IMG/VR virus record: IMGVR_UViG_3300045988_127881
Origin: a virus
DNA: 64,000 bases
Reading direction: 5' to 3' (one strand)
Below, piece after piece: positions 59,594 through 64,000 of the stretch. The notes under the pieces are model-generated. The model saw nothing but the letters and a program-made list of their open reading frames with translations, did no database searches and was not told where the DNA came from. The position numbers and the translations under genes were made by a program. Every line of letters starts with the position of its first letter. Position 1 is the first letter of the stretch.

Positions 59594-60079
59594 TCATTTT
59601 ACATCTTCTGGTCCTTTATATCCTCTCTTGATATTCTCTTCGAGTAATGTTTGGTAAAGGTCAAACGTACTACCATCGCGTTTAAGCCAATCATGCAAAA
59701 TTTGGATAAATTCCTGCATTGCAGGTAAAAATGCTTGCCTACTGTCAGCACCACGTATGCCGTCACGCCCTTTCCTGTGTCCTGTAAGAAATGTATTTTT
59801 CTCTTCGCGTAACATAGCATTTCCTTCCTTGTATTCATCACCTTTTGGCAACTTCTCGCGGAGTGTTTTCTCTATGACTTTATAATATAATTCATATTTC
59901 TCATCTGGATTGTCAGTCGGCAACTCAATCAGTTTCTGTAATTCATCTTTAAGGACAACATTATCGTTATCCTTATCAATGAACAAACCGTCAGTCTTTG
60001 CCTTGTCGGCATTAAACAACAGCTCCTCAACTTCTCTTGATTTTTTTTCTTCTGATAGAACTTTGGTCTTATTTGTCAT
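59594..60079 (-). CDS. Hypothetical protein (161 aa), partner of the HTH-ImmA protein (toxin/effector candidate)
   Basis: ORF track. ATGA overlap with the upstream gene. Confidence 0.6.
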   Translation of the reverse strand: MTNKTKVLSEEKKSREVEELLFNADKAKTDGLFIDKDNDNVVLKDELQKLIELPTDNPDEKYELYYKVIEKTLREKLPKGDEYKEGNAMLREEKNTFLTGHRKGRDGIRGADSRQAFLPAMQEFIQILHDWLKRDGSTFDLYQTLLEENIKRGYKGPEDVK

Positions 60080-61266
60080 ATATTCAATTTTTGTTTATAC
60101 GTTTCAGCCACTTCTCTTATCGTTTCAACCTCGAACGGATTTGTATTTACTCTTTCCGTAGCTTTTTCCGACCTCGGTATTAGAGCACTGTATTCTGCCC
60201 AGTTGTTTGTATCATAAGCAATAAGCGCATAAATTAGCGAGGAATGAACGCCCCATTTCTGAGCATACTTTTTTATCATCAGAGGTGCGTGAACATAAGG
60301 CTTTATAAATTGCAATTTTGTTGGCGACAGAATAAAGTCGCGAGCAAATTTATCTGCCGCATTTTCATCTGTCAGAAATAAATCACCTTCGTCAGAACTC
60401 AAATGCACTTTGTTGAGCACAATGTCATCAAAATCAAACAAAACATGGTATAGCTCATGGAATAGAGAAAACCATAAGGTCGGATAGCGTTTGTTCAAGT
60501 CTGATATAACAATACATGGCTTTCCATTATACTCCATTGTTGCGCCACGTACTTGCATTTTGGGTAATGATGGTTGGTAAATCATCGTCACACCAACAGA
60601 ATAAAGGGCACGAGCCACGTGATACAGCCCTGTTTCTACGTCTTGCGAACAAGGACGAATCTTCGGCATTATATCCATAAGCCTATCCCTGTCGTACATA
60701 TTAGGGTTGTCAATATTCTTAAATTGAGCGTAAGCAGAAATCGTCCAGAAGTCACGCATCTTTTGGTCGTAACTCCTTCTTGTCATACTGTATGCTTTCG
60801 TCAGTTCTGAAACGATATCTGCATATTCCTTGATTTGCTTGAAGCCAAAGAAATCGTTTATCCTTTGCACATAATTATTATCAGTAAAGAACCCTATCTT
60901 ATTAAGTGTGTCTATGCTGAAATATTCGCAAAGGACTGCCGTATCACGTACATGGCAAATTTCACTAACATCTTTTGACTGAAGCGTATCAGCATTTGCG
61001 TTAAGGAAATCGTTCATCGAAACGCCGATAAATATAGCAACCTTCAATGTATTCAGAACGCTTGCACCAGTATAATTGCCCTTTATTATTTTATCAAGGG
61101 TCGCAACGTCCATGTCAAGCATCTTCGCTATTTTGGTTTTGCTTAGCCCAACCCTTTCTTGCTTACGAAGGAACAACTCCTCTATTGACAGGCAGGATAT
61201 GTCATCTGTTGCTTCAACAGGTGGCACAAACACCCCCTTCATATACTCTTTGTATAAATCGCTCAT
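60076..61266 (-). CDS. XRE-type HTH fused to an ImmA/IrrE (M78) zinc metallopeptidase
   Basis: HTH LSKTKIAKMLDMDVATLDKIIKG. HExxH motif in WFSLFHELYHVLFD. Confidence 0.8.
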   Translation of the reverse strand: MSDLYKEYMKGVFVPPVEATDDISCLSIEELFLRKQERVGLSKTKIAKMLDMDVATLDKIIKGNYTGASVLNTLKVAIFIGVSMNDFLNANADTLQSKDVSEICHVRDTAVLCEYFSIDTLNKIGFFTDNNYVQRINDFFGFKQIKEYADIVSELTKAYSMTRRSYDQKMRDFWTISAYAQFKNIDNPNMYDRDRLMDIMPKIRPCSQDVETGLYHVARALYSVGVTMIYQPSLPKMQVRGATMEYNGKPCIVISDLNKRYPTLWFSLFHELYHVLFDFDDIVLNKVHLSSDEGDLFLTDENAADKFARDFILSPTKLQFIKPYVHAPLMIKKYAQKWGVHSSLIYALIAYDTNNWAEYSALIPRSEKATERVNTNPFEVETIREVAETYKQKLNI

Positions 61267-61282
61267 AGCCTATTATTTTCTG

Positions 61283-61290
61283 CAAAAATA
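61283..61290 (-). promoter_or_regulatory. -7 box TATTTTTG for the HTH-ImmA pair
   Basis: Plus strand reads CAAAAATA, 17 nt upstream of the ATG at 61266. Confidence 0.4.
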
Positions 61291-61318
61291 CAAATATCCA
61301 TGCGATATAGCAATATTT

Positions 61319-61627
61319 TCACCGATTATTTTCCGCTATTGGCAAGGAAACGGATTTCCTCACCTCCTCCCTCATCACCCGTGCAGCCAGCCCCTTTAGC
61401 CTGTACCTCGCACTATTCTTAAGCGAATTAACCCTCTGCTGACTCATGCCGCTAAGGAATGCAATATCACCCTCGCTCATACCAAGTTCCATCAGCACGT
61501 CAACAAGCACCACGCGCGCAACCACACATCGCTCCGAGCGACAGTTGGCAAGCGCATCAAAGTCAAGGCCGCTGGCTTGCATCACGGCTTCAACTGCACA
61601 ATCAAAAATCTGTTGTAATTGTTCCAT
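61319..61627 (-). CDS. Small HTH protein resembling the DnaA C-terminal domain
   Basis: 102 aa. RSERCVVARVVLVDVLMELGMSEGDIAFLSGMSQQRVNS. Confidence 0.5.
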   Translation of the reverse strand: MEQLQQIFDCAVEAVMQASGLDFDALANCRSERCVVARVVLVDVLMELGMSEGDIAFLSGMSQQRVNSLKNSARYRLKGLAARVMREEVRKSVSLPIAENNR

Positions 61628-61725
61628 TGTTCATAAGTAATTTCGTTGTAAATAAATAAGCACAAAGGCAAGCACGGAACACATCACCATGCGCCCATGC
61701 TTGCCAAACAAACAACCCAACAAAA

Positions 61726-62202
61726 TCACTTATACTTACTATATATGTTGTAATATAACAACACGCATATTACTAAGATAAACAGACCGCCAACGGCCCG
61801 AAGCTTCCATCTTGCAGGAGGCTTCTCAACCTTTGTCACCGCATCACGCACCATAGCCTTGTGGCTTGTGCTGTTCGTGCGGTGTGTGCGGCATGACACA
61901 TGACTGCTCGCACTAAGAGCGTCCTTGTTGTGATACACGCTTCTGTCGCGATACACATACTTAGTCAGCACCTTGCCAGCTGTGTCCACCACAACATAGG
62001 TGGTCATGCGCTCCGCTACACTGTCCACACTTTCCAATTTGGAAACTGTCACAATCGTATCGCGCACCATCACGCTGTCGGTCTTATACACTATCAGCGT
62101 GTCGTGAGTGCGCTCAATGCTCTGCGCAACCTTGCGAGCGCAACTGCTGTGCAAGACAACTGCACAGATAATCACGATTAAAAAACCACTAACTCTACGC
62201 AT
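61726..62202 (-). CDS. Unimolecular spanin candidate (lipoprotein signal plus C-terminal TM)
   Basis: ATG at 62202. MRRVSGFLIVIICAVVLHSSC lipobox-like. C-terminal LRAVGGLFILVICVLLYYNIY. Directly downstream of the endolysin. Confidence 0.45.
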   Translation of the reverse strand: MRRVSGFLIVIICAVVLHSSCARKVAQSIERTHDTLIVYKTDSVMVRDTIVTVSKLESVDSVAERMTTYVVVDTAGKVLTKYVYRDRSVYHNKDALSASSHVSCRTHRTNSTSHKAMVRDAVTKVEKPPARWKLRAVGGLFILVICVLLYYNIYSKYK

Positions 62203-62310
62203 ATTTTTGGTTATATTTGTTACCTTTGCAGTGTTTAATTCCCATATAAAAGAGGCACATCCTAAAGTTGCTCTAAACTGCCGCACGAGTTTTTCCGTGT
62301 GGCAGTTTTT

Positions 62311-62826
62311 TCACACGAACTTGCCATAGGCAAAGTGGTTCACCCGATTTAGCCAGCCATTCAAATTCACCTTTTGGCTCGGATTCTTGGCAACAATAGC
62401 CTTGTAAAAAGCTATCCTGTCCTGCTTCAACGCGCCAAACAACGGCAGCGGACTACGCGTATTTACCGCCTGCAAGGTCTGCTTGCCCATGATGCCGTCG
62501 GCAGTAGTCTTAACTATCCGCTGCAAGTGCGTTACGGCCGTCTTGACTCCGCTGTTATAGGCCCAGTCCACAAGAATAAAGGCCACACTCTTGTCCTGTA
62601 TGTAGTCAGCCTTGCACTTGTCCCAGTAGAATTTCTTAAAAATGTACTCCCACTCCGCATCAGTAATGCGTTTCAAGTCCTCAACCGTCTTGTGCTGTCC
62701 ATACACACTTCGGTAGGTCGCTAATGTCACGCCCTTGTTCGTAGGTCCTCCCTTGTCGGCCTTATTATTAACATAGCCGCCCTCGCGCTCCAGCACAAAT
62801 GCCGCTAATTCTTTCCAACTTTCCAT
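62311..62826 (-). CDS. Endolysin, GH108 lysozyme-like with peptidoglycan-binding domain
   Basis: EREGGYVNNKADKGGPTNKGVT motif typical of GH108. Confidence 0.8.
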   Translation of the reverse strand: MESWKELAAFVLEREGGYVNNKADKGGPTNKGVTLATYRSVYGQHKTVEDLKRITDAEWEYIFKKFYWDKCKADYIQDKSVAFILVDWAYNSGVKTAVTHLQRIVKTTADGIMGKQTLQAVNTRSPLPLFGALKQDRIAFYKAIVAKNPSQKVNLNGWLNRVNHFAYGKFV

Positions 62827-62923
62827 ACGTCTAAACTTATTTTTCTTACCTTTGTAGGTGTTAATATTTTTGTTTTGACATGGTTATGTTGAGGGGTTGG
62901 CGCGTTGTGAAACGCGCCAATTT

Positions 62924-63418
62924 TTATTTCAATTCTTGTTCAATCACATCTCCTATGTCAGCATCTTTCTTCTTGATGTAAGCCACGAACAACCGCTTAA
63001 TAGAGAAACGCTTCTTGATGCCGTGAATGTCGCACACATGACCATAAATGCTGTCGAACTCTATCAGCAATGCTACCGCACCGCCTATTGCTCCGCCTAT
63101 CACGCTGTTGCCTATGCCGAATGGCTCTAAAATGCCTTTAGATAGTAGTAGCCCGAAGATGATAAAGTTGATGTATTCAAGGAACTTCACAATCGTTCTG
63201 CGCAATGCGCGCGAGAGCCTGAAATCTTCCTTACGCACCTTTACACTCGCTGTAAGGCCGCTCCAAAAGTCGGTAAAGACAAGTACGATAATAAAAAGCA
63301 CGAGCCACCGCAGGTCGAACAACACTTGCAGCAATTCTTCGTAAAAAGTGCCAGCAAGCATCGCTCCGCTTGTCACCAGCACAGGACTTCCTCCGCTTGT
63401 GCTTACTGTTCTCAGCAT
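62924..63418 (-). CDS. Holin, putative
   Basis: 164 aa with about 3 TM helices, immediately upstream of the endolysin. Confidence 0.55.
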   Translation of the reverse strand: MLRTVSTSGGSPVLVTSGAMLAGTFYEELLQVLFDLRWLVLFIIVLVFTDFWSGLTASVKVRKEDFRLSRALRRTIVKFLEYINFIIFGLLLSKGILEPFGIGNSVIGGAIGGAVALLIEFDSIYGHVCDIHGIKKRFSIKRLFVAYIKKKDADIGDVIEQELK

Positions 63419-63546
63419 TCACCCTCCTTTCTCCTTATATAGGCTTCTATCTCTCTCGCAACTTCAACTATCTCATCTGGCTTTATGTCGCCGCGAGATG
63501 CTGCTATCTTTACGCACTCAATCCTAATTTCTTGTAGTCTGTTCAT
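63412..63546 (-). CDS. Hypothetical small protein (44 aa)
   Basis: Own translation (MNRLQEIRIECVKIAASRGD...). Overlaps neighbouring stop and start codons. Confidence 0.35.
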   Translation of the reverse strand: MNRLQEIRIECVKIAASRGDIKPDEIVEVAREIEAYIRRKEGEC

Positions 63547-63998
63547 TATAATCCGAGTTTTGCTTTTATCTTGTTCAATAGTTCTTTGTCCGCTGCCGTC
63601 ATCACACCAGCCTTTGCAGTTGTCGCAGCCGAAATGCTTAATGTGCGCGTGCCGCCCGTGGTAAAGATGGGTGTCACCACCTTTACCTCGGTCGCGGTAG
63701 AGTTCTGCTCGCGCAGTTCAAAAGCGTCAAGGCGTGCATATATGTCGCGACGCATTAGGCCATTACTTCCCGTCCAGGCGTTTGGCAGCTGCACCTGGCT
63801 GTAATTCTCCTGTGCCTCGTCATTGTTCGCGCCCCAATGCTTGAAGCGCAGAAACAGGTTGAAGTCGTTGTGCTTGTATATCCAAAACTTTGATGTGATA
63901 ATAGTCTTAGCATCTTGGTCCTTACCTTGCGAGTATACGTAATTGGCCTTTGTTCCAGATGTGCTGCTCTGCACTGTCGGGGGCTTGATTTGCGCCAT
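63546..63998 (-). CDS. Tail fibre-associated protein, putative
   Basis: 150 aa. C-terminal ATTAKAGVMTAADKELLNKI resembles a motif common in phage fibre proteins. Confidence 0.4.
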   Translation of the reverse strand: MAQIKPPTVQSSTSGTKANYVYSQGKDQDAKTIITSKFWIYKHNDFNLFLRFKHWGANNDEAQENYSQVQLPNAWTGSNGLMRRDIYARLDAFELREQNSTATEVKVVTPIFTTGGTRTLSISAATTAKAGVMTAADKELLNKIKAKLGL

Positions 63999-64000
63999 AG

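Larger units (their letters stand above)
1..64000. mobile_element. Temperate siphovirus-like phage genome, Bacteroidota host, excised or circularly permuted order
   Basis: Head, tail, lysis, lysogeny and replication modules all present. No recognisable host housekeeping genes. Integrase and attP-like region are internal while late genes cross both window edges. TAnnTTTG boxes and SD-less A-rich leaders. Confidence 0.8.

Noticed and set aside
1-64000. A diversity-generating retroelement or reverse transcriptase, and toxin cargo such as typical virulence genes.
   Set aside because: No RT motifs (YxDD) and no template/variable repeat pairs were noticed in any frame I read.

Overview
The window appears to be entirely phage: one temperate siphovirus-like genome of a Bacteroidota host. 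Host assignment rests on -33 TTTG / -7 TAnnTTTG promoter boxes, A-rich leaders without Shine-Dalgarno sites, a CI-type repressor and a Bacteroidota-type integrase. The order looks excised or circularly permuted, because the integrase and an attP-like region are internal (36.7-38.2 kb) and late genes run off both edges. Modules: (1) a minus-strand late operon with scaffold, decoration protein, capsid, connectors, major tail, chaperone pair and a 2478-aa tape measure (32.2 to 19.3 kb); (2) terL, portal and head-morphogenesis genes on the plus strand (32.3-36.7 kb); (3) integrase and repressor (37-39 kb); (4) a plus-strand early/recombination/replication block (39.2-57.5 kb: ERF, nuclease, SSB, NinB/NinG-like, Bro/KilAC antirepressor, initiator, MazG, N6A methyltransferase, PAPS-reductase-like); (5) minus-strand lysis and tail-fibre-like genes plus an HTH-ImmA gene pair (57.6-64 kb); (6) Dit-like and Tal-like tail genes at 1-2.7 kb. 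The most unusual observations follow. A ~16.5 kb block (P4-type primase, repeat-rich ori-like region, about 30 small-ORF cassettes with a conserved leader motif and hairpins, a second tyrosine recombinase, a TerS-like gene) splits the tail operon between the tape measure and Dit. A solitary type I-C-like CRISPR repeat sits inside a 14-bp inverted repeat. Several tRNA-like elements have perfect acceptor and T arms but aberrant bodies. A Gly-repeat gene carries a single in-frame TAG. The repressor's S24 catalytic dyad is substituted. All functional calls come from motif recognition by eye; no database search was run.
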